DNA of 64,000 bases, taken from positions 12,472-76,471 of the forward strand of contig JBNGCW010000001.1 in the NCBI GenBank assembly GCA_049975525.1. Direction: 5' to 3'. The notes beneath the pieces were generated by a model. The model was given only the letters and a program-made list of their open reading frames with translations. It searched no databases and was not told the DNA's origin. Shown in pieces: positions 39,101 through 48,600 of this stretch (positions within the stretch are counted from its first letter, which is position 1; each line of letters opens with the position of its first letter). Source of the DNA: Anaerolineae bacterium (GTDB lineage: Bacteria; Chloroflexota; Anaerolineae; B4-G1; SLSP01). Made by a program: the position numbers and the translations under genes.

Positions 39101-42100
39101 CCAGACGCCCTTGAGGCGGGTGATGGCGTCGCTCCAGTCGTAGTTGGGATCGTCGAGCAGGGTGTCGTCGGTGCCGGTGGCGGCGTTGTGATCGAGCATG
39201 AAGAGGGCGCGGTTGGTGTCGTGGCTGCCCAGCAGGTTCATCATGGCGTAGAAGGCCTCCGGCGGATAGCGCTCCTCAAGGTAGTGCAGGCGCTCGTCGA
39301 GTTCGGAAGGCGTCAGCGGTTCGATGACGCCGGCGGAGCTGCTGGCGTTGTGGTCGTTGTCGGTGAAGGTGGAATCACGCCAAAAGCCCATAATGGCCGT
39401 GCCGAACTGGTAGTTCATGGAGGCGTCCCACTCCGGCGCGATAAGCCAGGGCGTGGAGTTGCCCCACTCCTCGCCGACGATGTAGGTGTCGCTGTAAACG
39501 TCGCGCACCGCGGCGCGGAAGCCCTCCCAGTAATCGTTGGTGGGATCGTTGGTGACGCCGGGGTCGACGTCGCCCGCCACGTCCAGGCGCCAGCCGTCGC
39601 CGCCCTGGGAGATCCAGTAGGGGGCGATGGAGGTCGTGCCGCTGGTCCAGACCATGGCGCGGACTTCGGCGTTGTCGGCCTTGAGCTTGGGCAGGCTATC
39701 GTAGCCGAACCAGCTCTCGTAGGTGGCGGCGTTGGGGGTGCCGTCGGAGCCGACGCACTCGCCGCTGCCCGGCGTCACGTCGGTGAAGTAGTACCAGTCG
39801 CGGTAGGGAGAGTCGGGACTCTCACAGGCGCCGCTCCCGTCGTTGATACCGGGACCGTCGGGGCTGGTCAAGTTGCCGTCGGCGTCGAAGCGCGAATAGC
39901 GGTCGAAGTAGATGCTGTCCGACGAGGTGTGGTTGAAGACACCATCGAGGATGACGTGCATGCCCCGGTTCGCCGCCTCGGTGGTCAGCGTGATGTAGGT
40001 GCTCAGGTCGCCGAAGTTGTCGTCGATGACGCCGAAGTCCGTCGTGTCGTACTTGTGGTTGGAGGGGGATTCGAAGATGGGATTGAGATAGAGCGCCGTC
40101 ACGCCGAGATCGTCCAGGTAGTCCAGCTTATCGATGATGCCCTGCAGATCGCCGCCGTAGAAGTTCTCCCCGTACTTGTTGGGGCAGTCGCCGTCGGTGT
40201 CGCGGGGGTCGCAGATGGGCGTATTCCAGTCGCTTCCCGTGGAGCGCACGATGGAGCCGTCGGGCAGATTGTAGTGGAAGGAGCCGGCGGGTGTGTTGTT
40301 GGTGGGATCGCCATCGCGGAAGCGATCGGTGAAGATCTGGTAGATGACGGCGTTCTTGACCCAATCGGGCGATTGGAAGGCGGGATTGTAGACGGTGATC
40401 TGCCAGCTGTTGTCCTGGCTTTCGTCGAAGGTCTGGCCAACGCCCATGGTGCGCTCGGCGTCGTCCTCATAGTAGTCGGTGTCCGTGCCGTCGATGGCGA
40501 TAAAGCGGTACCAGTGGAGGGTGGGATCGTCGCCGACCGGCACGTCCACCTCCCACCAATCGTAGGTGCCGTCACTGGAGACTACGCTCATGTCCAGGAG
40601 TTGCTGCGTGTCTTGGCGGTCGTCCCAGATGCGGACCTTGGCAGCGGTGAGGTCGTTGGCGAAGGCGCGCAGTCGCAGCGTGACGGTGGTGCCGGTGACG
40701 ACCGCGCCGACGGGCGAGCGGTAGAGGGGGTCGCGGGAGTCGTGGTAGAGGCCGTCCCACCAGACGTCATCATCTTGGGAAGCTGCTCCGGAGGGGATGT
40801 CAGGGATCGTGTAGGAGGCGTAGACCTTCTGCGTCGTTGCGTCATCCCAGCCGGTGGACTGATCGTCGCCGGGTACAGTGTCATAGGCGCCTTTTCCCCC
40901 GCCTCCTTGTGTGCCGAAGAATTCGAGGTCTACCGTGTCGCCGGCGCTCACCCCGATGTCGGCGAAGGGGATGGTCAGGCGCAGGCCCTCACCGTCGCTC
41001 CAGGCGACTTTGGAGTTGGGCTGCGAGGGGGAGCCGGTGTTACCGATGCCGCCCCAATCGATGCCACCGCCTGTGTCCCAGTTGCTGCCGTTCCAGGTGC
41101 GCAACTCCGTCCAGCCGTTGTCACTGCTGCTGTAGATATTACCCCGGATGTAGTAATCGGGTAGAAGCGTGTTGGTGGTCACGACGGGCGTGTAACCGAG
41201 GTTCTGCCAGGTAGTGGTATACGCCGCGGTGATGGCGTTGCCCCAAGGGTCGCCGGCCCCGCCGCCGCTCTTGGTGTTGATGGTCATACCGATCTGTCCA
41301 GTGGAGTTTGAGGTATCGTAATTCGGCATGGGAATGAACAAATGCAGGTTGGCATGGTCGGCCCAGACGTGCAGGCGGTGCACATCGGTCCAGGTGGTGC
41401 CGCTCCAGTCGGCTGGTCCCGGACTGGCGAGATCGCCCTCTGGATCGGTCGCCAAAGGCACGGAGACGAGTTGATACTGGGTGGTCGGGTCATCCCAGCC
41501 GGTGGATTGGCTGTCGCTGGGCACCGTGTCGTAGGTCCCTTTGCCGGTGCCACCCTGCGTGGCGAAGAATTGCAGGTGCACGTCGGACGGCGCGGGGTGG
41601 CCGAGGTCGGCTAAGGGGATGGAGAACTCGACGCCCTGCGTGTCGCTGTAGGCGACGTGGGTGCCGATTTGACCGCCACCGCTAATACCACCCCAGTTGG
41701 TGCCGCCGCCGGTCCACGTGCTACCGTCCCAGGCGCGCAGCTCTGTCCATCCCCCATCCTTAGGTACATTCCCGCGGATGACGTAGTCCGGTAGCATGGT
41801 CGCCGTGGTCTCTGTGCCGTCTACGTGATCGTAGCTGAAGGTGATGGCGTTGTCCCAGGGATCTGCACTATCCCCGCTGTTGGGCGCGGCGTCTATGTCC
41901 ATCACCAGCCCGATCTGCCCGGAAGAGACGGTGCTGGTGTACGAGGGCAGACTGGCGTAGACGTAGAGGGTGGTGGCGTCGGCTGCTACGTAGAGATCGG
42001 TTAAATCTGTCCAATGGGTGCCCTCCCACCCGGCGGGAGCCCCGAGGTCACCGGCCGGATCACTGGCGATTTTGACGTAATCGGTATCGAGGAGGCCATC

Positions 42101-42226
42101 TAGGGTGATGTTGGCCTCGTCGGCGAGCACGGGGTCTGGCGCCAGATCAGGGAAAAATTGTGGGTGGAGAAGGAGTCCAGAAAGAAGGGCTGTTAAAACA
42201 ACGAGCGTCAAGGTTTTCCTTCGCAT
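36185..42226 (-). CDS. giant secreted multidomain alpha-amylase/pullulanase-family (GH13) surface protein with DUF11/CARDB-type C-terminal repeats
   Basis: 2013 aa with signal peptide. Two duplicated ~300-aa N-terminal modules (DPxGDL...W.GT.WTD...), then a GH13 catalytic core (NAVIYQIFTDRF, GGDLQGIIDKLDYLDDLGVTALYLNPIF, HVILDGVFNH), then FN3/CBM-like domains and DUF11 repeats (DLTKSV...TYTLTLVNNG). Confidence 0.8.
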   Translation of the reverse strand: MRRKTLTLVVLTALLSGLLLHPQFFPDLAPDPVLADEANITLDGLLDTDYVKIASDPAGDLGAPAGWEGTHWTDLTDLYVAADATTLYVYASLPSYTSTVSSGQIGLVMDIDAAPNSGDSADPWDNAITFSYDHVDGTETTATMLPDYVIRGNVPKDGGWTELRAWDGSTWTGGGTNWGGISGGGQIGTHVAYSDTQGVEFSIPLADLGHPAPSDVHLQFFATQGGTGKGTYDTVPSDSQSTGWDDPTTQYQLVSVPLATDPEGDLASPGPADWSGTTWTDVHRLHVWADHANLHLFIPMPNYDTSNSTGQIGMTINTKSGGGAGDPWGNAITAAYTTTWQNLGYTPVVTTNTLLPDYYIRGNIYSSSDNGWTELRTWNGSNWDTGGGIDWGGIGNTGSPSQPNSKVAWSDGEGLRLTIPFADIGVSAGDTVDLEFFGTQGGGGKGAYDTVPGDDQSTGWDDATTQKVYASYTIPDIPSGAASQDDDVWWDGLYHDSRDPLYRSPVGAVVTGTTVTLRLRAFANDLTAAKVRIWDDRQDTQQLLDMSVVSSDGTYDWWEVDVPVGDDPTLHWYRFIAIDGTDTDYYEDDAERTMGVGQTFDESQDNSWQITVYNPAFQSPDWVKNAVIYQIFTDRFRDGDPTNNTPAGSFHYNLPDGSIVRSTGSDWNTPICDPRDTDGDCPNKYGENFYGGDLQGIIDKLDYLDDLGVTALYLNPIFESPSNHKYDTTDFGVIDDNFGDLSTYITLTTEAANRGMHVILDGVFNHTSSDSIYFDRYSRFDADGNLTSPDGPGINDGSGACESPDSPYRDWYYFTDVTPGSGECVGSDGTPNAATYESWFGYDSLPKLKADNAEVRAMVWTSGTTSIAPYWISQGGDGWRLDVAGDVDPGVTNDPTNDYWEGFRAAVRDVYSDTYIVGEEWGNSTPWLIAPEWDASMNYQFGTAIMGFWRDSTFTDNDHNASSSAGVIEPLTPSELDERLHYLEERYPPEAFYAMMNLLGSHDTNRALFMLDHNAATGTDDTLLDDPNYDWSDAITRLKGVWLLQMTLPGAPTTYYGDEVGLVGPTTYAGGKWEDDPYNRLPYPWLDESGTPFYTHLQSQATQDDLRDYYKLLTDARNDHPALRTGDFETLLVDDDNAVYAYGRKKADHSDAAVIIANSGSTSQTVTVDVAGYLGAGTVFIDVLDGGAVYTVTTSGEITVPDVPAMSGAVLVLNGTMDTPPDAVTDLSVTNEGSGELTLGWSAATGADSYILYRSQVSGGGYTPVVTTTSTVYTDTGLTNATTYYYVVVSRDDTTLLKSGTSNEASGMPHDTIGWANLQWPPEITHTIGITPTENIYGQVWIDGVTSDSGATPGLTAQVGFGPTTTQPISWTMWVDAEFNTDAGNNDEFKGQLVPEETGEFYYVYRYTTTNGRSWTYADQSGVISADNVISPGLLHVQPAADTTPPATPQNLRVTNWSVGSISLAWDAVTDTDLYAYDLFRYGEGETSGEAVKVGRVLSSTTAYTDTTVTTGQTYTYTVRALDRNFNASTPSNEASATAEARLVELRFHVTVPDYTPLGDTIYIAGNDADAFGSAWNASGQALTPLSATEYVYTTTVADGTDLEYKYTRGSWETVENWGTLVGLTNRKLTAQYGATGVMTVTDTVHNWRDPIVIDHYPAVDAATWTVSRPISVTFNRPLDTSRVNTSTFKLEGGGHAHIDGEFGFAQTVETHSDPVYGTVNVTGTLILYTPTLTLDPAHGYTIALLKAGYYDDTEMRSDYIWSFGAEHNLAIDKQVALEQDPPEPGDALTYTIQISNTGYAPALNVHVTDTLPSGVTGMDLDEVITVTANGLYSFTLPATIDADTWGATITNTAAYSHTSGSGQAQTAFTVVGAPALDLTKSVTPETNVALGDVVTYTLTLVNNGEAEAMGVHLTDTLPSEITFGGFTAATNVSPVYASGTITWSGALPSGVQPIAIVYTATVGSAWELHGVTITNTAHVTSLNNGQDSAMASFTIEPLHTIYMPLIFKNGTP

Positions 42227-42496
42227 AGCTCTACTCCTTGGTTAAATTTAAGTGGACTTGACTCAAGCGGATTTGACTCGTTTTGAGTACCGGTTAGAAC
42301 ATCTTTTCTTGATCACCTCCCTTTACAACTATAACCTTGGCGGGGCTACGCACATTTGTGGGGACATGAAGTTTATACGTTCCCAAACGCGACTCCGCCA
42401 GCGCTGCGTCGCTTACTACAAACGGAAGGTTTGTCGTCAGCCGGCGTGCTGTCAAACCGGCAGCTCGGTTTTTTCTTCCCTCTATTCTGCGTAGAC

Positions 42497-42552
42497 TTCG
42501 GATAACAAAAGCCTCTGTGTCGGTGAGCCCTACGCCAGGGCTCCCTCCACAC
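42497..42552 (-). terminator. long bidirectional terminator-like hairpin downstream of npdG
   Basis: 14-bp outer stem aaaagcctctgtgt / acacagaggctttt with a 7-bp inner stem gagccct / agggctc; A-run before and T-run after. Confidence 0.55.
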
Positions 42553-42651
42553 AGAGGCTTTTGGTTCACTCTGATTGAGTGAGGTAAACATCTGATTCGG
42601 CGTACGATACGAAGTCATGGGCTTATGAGAATACTTTTGCCCTGACGCTAT

Positions 42652-43326
42652 CTATTTTTCTTTAGACAACCCCGTAATCCGTATCCCTGATCCGGGCACT
42701 TTATATCGCTTGTTGATCCCGATGAGCACCGAGGTCAGGCCCTCGACGACTTTGGCGTTGGCCAGCGGGCCGGCGTCGATGCCGCGCGTGCCGATCTCCT
42801 CGGCCAGTTGGATGGCGATGGCTTTGGCCTCTGCGTCGTCCCCGCAGACGAGCACGTCGCAGTCCACAGGATGATCCGGCGGCTCCAGGTTGTGCGCGCC
42901 GACGTTCTGGAAGGCGGCCACGACGGCGACTTCGTCGCCTAAAATCTCCTGCGCCTGTTCACAGGCGGAGCCTTCTGGCGGGATGTAGGCTTGGGTCACT
43001 TTGGGCGGCTTCATCGCCACGGTGACGTTGATGAGGATTTTGCCCCGGAGCTCGTCCTTGAGCGCCTCCAGCAGGGCGTTCTGGGCGAAGTAGGGGACGG
43101 TGAGCACGGCCAATTCACAGGCGCGCGCGGCGTCGACGTTTTCCAGGCCGCTGATGAGGTCGTCGCCCAGTTTCTCGTTGAGCTCACCTGCGATGCGCTG
43201 GGCTTTGGACGCCTTGCGTGATCCGATGATGATGTTGTGGCCCGCCTTGGCCCAGCGCAGGGCCAGACCGGGGCCTTCGTTGCCGGTGCCGCCTAAGACG
43301 GCGATCGTGTAGGTGGTTTTCTGCAT
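42652..43326 (-). CDS. npdG: NADPH-dependent F420 reductase (F420H2:NADP+ oxidoreductase)
   Basis: IAVLGGTGNEGPGLALRWAKAGH Rossmann N-terminus and ~224-aa length typical of Fno/NpdG. Confidence 0.8.
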   Translation of the reverse strand: MQKTTYTIAVLGGTGNEGPGLALRWAKAGHNIIIGSRKASKAQRIAGELNEKLGDDLISGLENVDAARACELAVLTVPYFAQNALLEALKDELRGKILINVTVAMKPPKVTQAYIPPEGSACEQAQEILGDEVAVVAAFQNVGAHNLEPPDHPVDCDVLVCGDDAEAKAIAIQLAEEIGTRGIDAGPLANAKVVEGLTSVLIGINKRYKVPGSGIRITGLSKEK

Positions 43327-43391
43327 GGGTCTCTCCTTAACGTGGTGGTTGGATCGGTTACGCGGTCCGCATGGGGAACCGCAAAGAGATA

Positions 43392-44321
43392 TCAGGTCGC
43401 GTTTACGTCGACGACCTTGCCTTCTTGCGCCATGTGCGTCTTTGGGAAAACGGCCTGCGCTTTCTTCTCCATCTCGTCCAGGTACGCGTCGTCGTGGAGG
43501 GGACTATGGTGGGTGAGGATCAGACGTCCGACCTGCGCCGCTTGTGCCACGTCCGTCGCCATGCGCCAGGTGCTATGTCCCCAGCCCTGCTTGACCACCG
43601 TCCCATCGGCATATTCGTGTTCGTCGTATTCGGCGTCATGGATGAGTAGGTCGGCGTGGCGTGCGAAGCGGATGAGGCGCCGGTCGCCGCCGATGTAGCC
43701 CTCCACGTCGGTGGCAAAGACGAAACTGCGGCCCTGATAAGCGACCCGGAAAACCAAAACGCCGTGTTGGGGGTGGGCGTAGCTGTGGTGTGTGTCGATC
43801 ACCACATTTTCCGGCGCAATCTCAGCCTTTTTATCTGAGGCTTCGACGTGGCGGGGCGGTTTCTCCGCGTCGCTGAGGATGACCCTGGCCCCATGGGTGA
43901 TGTGGGTGAAGGTCCGCTTGCTCAGGATGTCTTGCTGGCTGATCGGGGAGAGGGGAGGGCGCATGATGCGCTGTAACGTCTCCTCCAGATTCTCCCCGCT
44001 GATGGGCTCAGGTCCGAAAACGTACAGTCGACAGTGAGGACACAGCGCCGGTTGGAAGAGGGGGAGGCCCTGGATGTGGTCGTTGTGGACGTGGGTGAGC
44101 AGCAGCGGCAGATTGATAGGTTGTCCCGTAGCGTGCTGGGCTGCCATGATCTCTTGTCCCAGGCCGATGAGGCCGGTACCCCCGTCGATGATAAAGAAGT
44201 GTGGGCCGGCGTGCACCTCCAGGCAAGTTGTGTTGCCGCCATATTTGACGGTGGTAGGACCGGGGGTGGCGTAACCACCGCGTACGCCTCGAAATTTGAT
44301 CCAGAACTCGTCCCCTTGCAT
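43392..44321 (-). CDS. MBL-fold metallo-hydrolase
   Basis: HxHxDH motif THVHNDHIQG and downstream His/Asp ligands. Start ATG 44321 with AAGGAG RBS. Confidence 0.75.
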   Translation of the reverse strand: MQGDEFWIKFRGVRGGYATPGPTTVKYGGNTTCLEVHAGPHFFIIDGGTGLIGLGQEIMAAQHATGQPINLPLLLTHVHNDHIQGLPLFQPALCPHCRLYVFGPEPISGENLEETLQRIMRPPLSPISQQDILSKRTFTHITHGARVILSDAEKPPRHVEASDKKAEIAPENVVIDTHHSYAHPQHGVLVFRVAYQGRSFVFATDVEGYIGGDRRLIRFARHADLLIHDAEYDEHEYADGTVVKQGWGHSTWRMATDVAQAAQVGRLILTHHSPLHDDAYLDEMEKKAQAVFPKTHMAQEGKVVDVNAT

Positions 44322-44470
44322 GGCGCTCCTTTGTTGTGTGCCGCCCGCTGCTATGGCATTTTCACACCATCTTATGCTTACCCTCTCGTTTGTCAAATGG
44401 ACGATATCTTTTCGCCGGCCCTGCGGAGGCCCCGAGGGTTTTGGCCTCACGGTCGGTGCGCACGACCCTA

Positions 44471-44501
44471 CCTACCGGGGAGGGGCCCCCTCCCCGGTAG
44501 G
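44471..44501 (-). terminator. 31-nt GC-rich perfect palindrome downstream of the cyclase-peptidase operon
   Basis: cctaccggggagggg c cccctccccggtagg, 7 nt past the stop at 44508. Confidence 0.45.
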
Positions 44502-44507
44502 AGGAGA

Positions 44508-47500
44508 TTACTGTCGGAATACCAGCGGCAAGTACAGCGTCGGCAACTCGATGTTCAGATACTCGCCTTTGGCTGTGGCCAGTGTCACGTTCCCGGCGGC
44601 GTCCACCGCCTGGATGAAATAGCCGATGTTGAACCACGATGAGCTGCTGGTCTCGCCGATCCAGCGCTCGCCGGTGACGTCGTTGGGATCACGCTCCAAG
44701 GGGAGGCTCCAGATGCGCGTGGGGGAAAGGAAGGTGGCGTAGACGGCTGCCACTTCACCCTCGCCGTCCAGGGCCTCGGCGGCGATGTGCAGCTGCTGAC
44801 CATCTACCGTGGCGACGGCGTTGCTTACAGAAGGTGGACCGTAGTCGGTCTCGTCAGCGGTGAGGAGGACGCCCACTTTCATCTTGTCGATGAGCCGCAG
44901 CTCCGCAGTGGGCGCGTTGAAGAGGGCGAAGGTAGCAACCAGCTGCGGTGTCTCTCCTGCCCGGTTGACGACGAGAGGATGGGTGGGTATCCAGCCCAGG
45001 TCGGGATTCAACGCGGGCTCGGGCTGGGCCGTGTCGGTGACGGGACGGGTGATGACGGGATCGAAGTCGGGATAGGCGGTGAGCGTCGCGGTGAGCAGCA
45101 GAGAGCCGTGAGGGATCGCGTTCCCGCTCTCGATTGCGAAGGAAGCCGTCGGCAGGAGCGGGCGACCGGTGGCGCCGTGCGCCCCGCCGTTCGCGGTGTA
45201 ATACACGCCATGGGCGCCGTCATGTCGTTCCAGCGTCGGCTCCAGCACATGCATCGTTATCTGTTGTGGGCTGACCCGCGGTTCGGTGAGGGGGCGCAGA
45301 GGCGTTTCTGGGGCTGTCTGAACGGTCACCGGCGTGTCGATTTCGTACATGGGCAGGCCGTAGAGCGTGGCCTCCATGATGGACTTGGCGTCGTAGGGGG
45401 TCAGGCCGCCGGCCGGAAGACTGTGCAGGTAGCGTACCTTGGCCCGGCGCAGCGCCTCGCCGACGGCCATGCGGTCCGCTTCGCCCAGCGCCTGGGTGAA
45501 GAGCGTCATCAGCTGCTCGGAGCCGGCGATACCGTCGTCGGTTCCGTAGCCGTAGCCCGTGTTGGCGATCCAGACGGCCCCCTGTTGTGCCAGCGCTTGC
45601 GGGAAGTCCGGCTTGGTTTGACTTAGGCTGGCGTCGCCGTCGGGCACGCTGTACCCGGCGTGACAGCCCATGGACCACGCAACGGTGCCGCTGAGCGCAG
45701 CGGTGGCGTTGACGATGTGCGTGTTGTAGAACGTTGTGCTGGTGTCCGCCGGTTGGAGCCGCCAGTGTTCGAAGTGCGCGTTGATGGATGCCAGATCCGG
45801 TGCCTCGGTCGCGCGGTTGGGCCAGGCGTTGATCAGCTGATCGGCGGTCCAACTCTCACTGATGAGGCTGTCGTCGACCTGGGCGGCGCCGTGGGTAGCG
45901 CCCAGATCCTCTGCGATCTGTCGTGCTGCGTCACTGAGGAAGTCGTAGCCGGTGACCAGGGCGTCCTGCGATGTTAACGTGGGCTGTGACAAGAACTGCT
46001 CGATCATGTCCGCGATCTCCGCCGGCGCCTCCACCAGCCGCCCCGTGGCGAGCAGCGGTCGCCAGAAATAGTGCCCGCGCCAGCCCAGTTCCTGACCCGG
46101 CGGCGTGCCGTAGGCGTCGTCGGTGAGGTAGAAGCCGCCTTGGGTGGCGGAGCGCAACGCGCCGGGCAGCGTCGCCGAGCCGTGAGTGTACTCGCGTTCG
46201 TTGGCGATGATCGCGTGATCCGGTTGTCGATACATGGGAATCTGAGCGTCGTCGCCGACCACGACAACGTATTGGATAGTATTGAACTGGGACAGTGTGG
46301 GAGAAATGATCTGGGTGCGAATGGCTTGGACGACGTTGTTAGCCATCTGAGGATCGCAGTAGTTTTCGTTCCAGATTTGATAGGTGGCCGCCACTTCCGA
46401 GTTAAACTCGACGGGATAGAGCAGACCTTGTGTCGCCTCGGCCAGCTCTTCGAGGCGGGAGGAGAGAGCGCCTATCTCGGTGTAAGTTCCGATCATGCGG
46501 GCGGGGTTGTAGAGGATCAGGGTCTGGGGGGTTGCACTACCCCAGTAGGGGGTGTGCGAAGTGGAGGTATAAGGTAGGTGTGTACACACCTCACCGGGGA
46601 TGGGTGTGGCTCGCGTGGAGAGCGTATACGGTGAGGGGGAGTAAGTCTCATCTTCCGTACCTACCACGAGAATGTAGTAAATACCGGCCTTATCGGCGGT
46701 CAGCTGCACCTGTTCCCCTTCGGTGTCCGCGTTGGCAGAGGTGGCCCACCAGCCTCGGGTCGCCCACCAGCCGCGCGTGGCCCACCAGCCTCGGGTCGCC
46801 CACCAGCCGCGTGTGGCCCACCAGCCGCGCGTAGCCCACCAGCCCCGGATGCTCTCCACGCTGGCATCCTCGGCTGTTTCGGCGCCGTCGTCCAGAGCTC
46901 CGAGATCCCGGCCGGGCGCGAGGGCGGGTAGGAGAGAAGGATCCGGCAGCACCAGCAAGTCGTAGTCGGCAGGTAAGTCTTCCAACGTCACGGTGAGCAC
47001 GGAAGGGGAGATGACCTCGACGGCGTACCAGTCGATGTCGCCCGGCTGCCCGATGGTGGCCGTCAGCTCGACATTGAGGTCAATGGGTGCGGCGGTATCG
47101 GGAGAGTCGTTGGGTTCGTAGTCATCCGTTATGGGCTCGCTTGAAGGCGCGAACCCTCGCTCGTGGCCCACCACCAGAATCTCACCCTCGGCGCTGATCT
47201 CACCCGTGCCATCGAAGGTTCCAAGCTCCGACATTTGTTTCTGATCCCACTCCAGACTGGCGTGAGGGGCGATATGACGTTGGGTATAGAAGACGGGAAC
47301 CCCGCCCGCATCGAAAAGCGTCAATGTGACCGTGACGGTCTCCGAGTTGGGATTGTGAACCCAGTAGCTCGTGGCATGCGTGCTGTGTCGATGAACGGCG
47401 GGTAAGTAGACAGGGCTCCCCGAGGCATAAGAGGGAGATAAGAGATAGCCGTCCACGTCGCCGCCTGCGGTGGCGTCGGTTGGCCTGTCGAGCACCAGAC

Positions 47501-48581
47501 CTCCATTGAGCCAATCTTCTGGGCTGATTTTAGCGCTTGCCCAACCGATTTCGGAGGGAGGAGGGGCCTTTTCGGGCTTGTTCCGGAAGAGCGTGAAGGA
47601 AAGATTGTCAATAGTGCTTCCATCGCCACTGTGATAGTAGTTGAGGGAGACGGATGTCTGTGTGACGACTTTCTGAGTCAACCAGATTTCACTTTGATAA
47701 TCCGCCGTGTTGACAACGCGCGGCACTTGCAGGTTGGAAAAACTCTCCGAAGCCATCTGGGCGGGCCAGGCTTCAGCCTGCGCACCGTTCTCGTCCACCA
47801 GTGCCATGTACCCCATCAGGGAGGCTGTGCCGTTGCGGGTCTGGATCATCCCCTTTTGTCCGGTGACGAGTCCGTCTACTTCGGGATTGTAGACAACGAC
47901 TCCGTAGGGCGGCACGGTGATAGAGCGGGTCACGGGACCGTCGCCTTCGATGTAGAGCTCCAGATCAAAAGTGGCTGAGATCGAGTCAGGGCTGTGGAAA
48001 TAGATTTCCGGGTGCAGGTTCGGAGTTCCTCCCACCCAGGGGAAGAACAGGTTGTAAGTGTAGAACTCCGAGGAGGGAGGCGTGTAGGCCATCAGATAGT
48101 CGGGGGAACCGTCACCGGGTGTACTCTTGACCAGACAGACGAGGGTGCCCATATTATAACTTTCCAGATAAGCCGTGCCTGTCACCATGTCGACGGGTAG
48201 ATGGGGGGCGAGCATTTCTGGCCCCAGGATAAGACTTCCCCGCGGGGGAAGAGTGTAGGTGAAAACGGTGGCGTCTGACCACTGGCCTCCGTTGGGGCCC
48301 CAGAAGTGAAAGCGGATCTCGTTGTCGAAACTTGCCGTGTTCATCACGTGAAGGGTGGTGGGGACTTTGTCTGTTTCGATAGAGAAGTAAGGAATATGGC
48401 AGTCTGTGTACCCGTAGTAGCTACTGGGAGGCACAAATGAGGTGATACCGTCGTTGGGAGGGATGGTGGTTTCGGTAGGAGATTTGGCAAGGGCAGACAC
48501 GGCGCCCCGGTAGAACAAGAAGAGCAACGCGACGCTTATCACAACGATAACAAGGGTTTTGAAAGCCGTTTTTTGCGTCAT
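44508..48581 (-). CDS. giant secreted protein with PPC (pre-peptidase C-terminal) domain, (RGWWAT)6 repeat and clan-CD cysteine-peptidase (gingipain/C25-like) domain
   Basis: N-terminal signal/TM MTQKTAFKTLVIVVISVALLF. PPC motif EPNDSPDTAAPIDL...GDIDWYAVEV...LPADYDLLVL. Candidate His...Cys dyad (NAHFEHW ...~40 aa... SMGCHAGY). Start ATG 48581 with AAGGAGAG RBS, 19 nt after the upstream gene. Confidence 0.55.
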   Translation of the reverse strand: MTQKTAFKTLVIVVISVALLFLFYRGAVSALAKSPTETTIPPNDGITSFVPPSSYYGYTDCHIPYFSIETDKVPTTLHVMNTASFDNEIRFHFWGPNGGQWSDATVFTYTLPPRGSLILGPEMLAPHLPVDMVTGTAYLESYNMGTLVCLVKSTPGDGSPDYLMAYTPPSSEFYTYNLFFPWVGGTPNLHPEIYFHSPDSISATFDLELYIEGDGPVTRSITVPPYGVVVYNPEVDGLVTGQKGMIQTRNGTASLMGYMALVDENGAQAEAWPAQMASESFSNLQVPRVVNTADYQSEIWLTQKVVTQTSVSLNYYHSGDGSTIDNLSFTLFRNKPEKAPPPSEIGWASAKISPEDWLNGGLVLDRPTDATAGGDVDGYLLSPSYASGSPVYLPAVHRHSTHATSYWVHNPNSETVTVTLTLFDAGGVPVFYTQRHIAPHASLEWDQKQMSELGTFDGTGEISAEGEILVVGHERGFAPSSEPITDDYEPNDSPDTAAPIDLNVELTATIGQPGDIDWYAVEVISPSVLTVTLEDLPADYDLLVLPDPSLLPALAPGRDLGALDDGAETAEDASVESIRGWWATRGWWATRGWWATRGWWATRGWWATRGWWATSANADTEGEQVQLTADKAGIYYILVVGTEDETYSPSPYTLSTRATPIPGEVCTHLPYTSTSHTPYWGSATPQTLILYNPARMIGTYTEIGALSSRLEELAEATQGLLYPVEFNSEVAATYQIWNENYCDPQMANNVVQAIRTQIISPTLSQFNTIQYVVVVGDDAQIPMYRQPDHAIIANEREYTHGSATLPGALRSATQGGFYLTDDAYGTPPGQELGWRGHYFWRPLLATGRLVEAPAEIADMIEQFLSQPTLTSQDALVTGYDFLSDAARQIAEDLGATHGAAQVDDSLISESWTADQLINAWPNRATEAPDLASINAHFEHWRLQPADTSTTFYNTHIVNATAALSGTVAWSMGCHAGYSVPDGDASLSQTKPDFPQALAQQGAVWIANTGYGYGTDDGIAGSEQLMTLFTQALGEADRMAVGEALRRAKVRYLHSLPAGGLTPYDAKSIMEATLYGLPMYEIDTPVTVQTAPETPLRPLTEPRVSPQQITMHVLEPTLERHDGAHGVYYTANGGAHGATGRPLLPTASFAIESGNAIPHGSLLLTATLTAYPDFDPVITRPVTDTAQPEPALNPDLGWIPTHPLVVNRAGETPQLVATFALFNAPTAELRLIDKMKVGVLLTADETDYGPPSVSNAVATVDGQQLHIAAEALDGEGEVAAVYATFLSPTRIWSLPLERDPNDVTGERWIGETSSSSWFNIGYFIQAVDAAGNVTLATAKGEYLNIELPTLYLPLVFRQ
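46744..46851 (-). repeat. six tandem 18-nt units encoding (RGWWAT)x6 inside the peptidase gene
   Basis: Plus-strand units gcccaccagccNcgNgtN repeated six times. Wobble positions vary while the amino acids are conserved. Confidence 0.8.
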
Positions 48582-48600
48582 GGGATCTCTCCTTATCGAG

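Noticed and set aside
38939-41164. 741-codon plus-strand ORF, plus similar long antisense ORFs at 16493-18247, 12645-13883 and 55740-56783
   Set aside because: These are shadow ORFs typical of high-GC DNA: Ala/Gly/Arg/Val-rich, without domain signatures, and fully contained within strongly supported genes on the opposite strand.
46744-46851. 18-nt tandem repeats (and the 12-nt repeats at ~29870-29905) as possible CRISPR or VNTR
   Set aside because: They are in-frame coding repeats conserving the amino-acid sequence. They lack the spacer-repeat structure of CRISPR and have no cas genes nearby.
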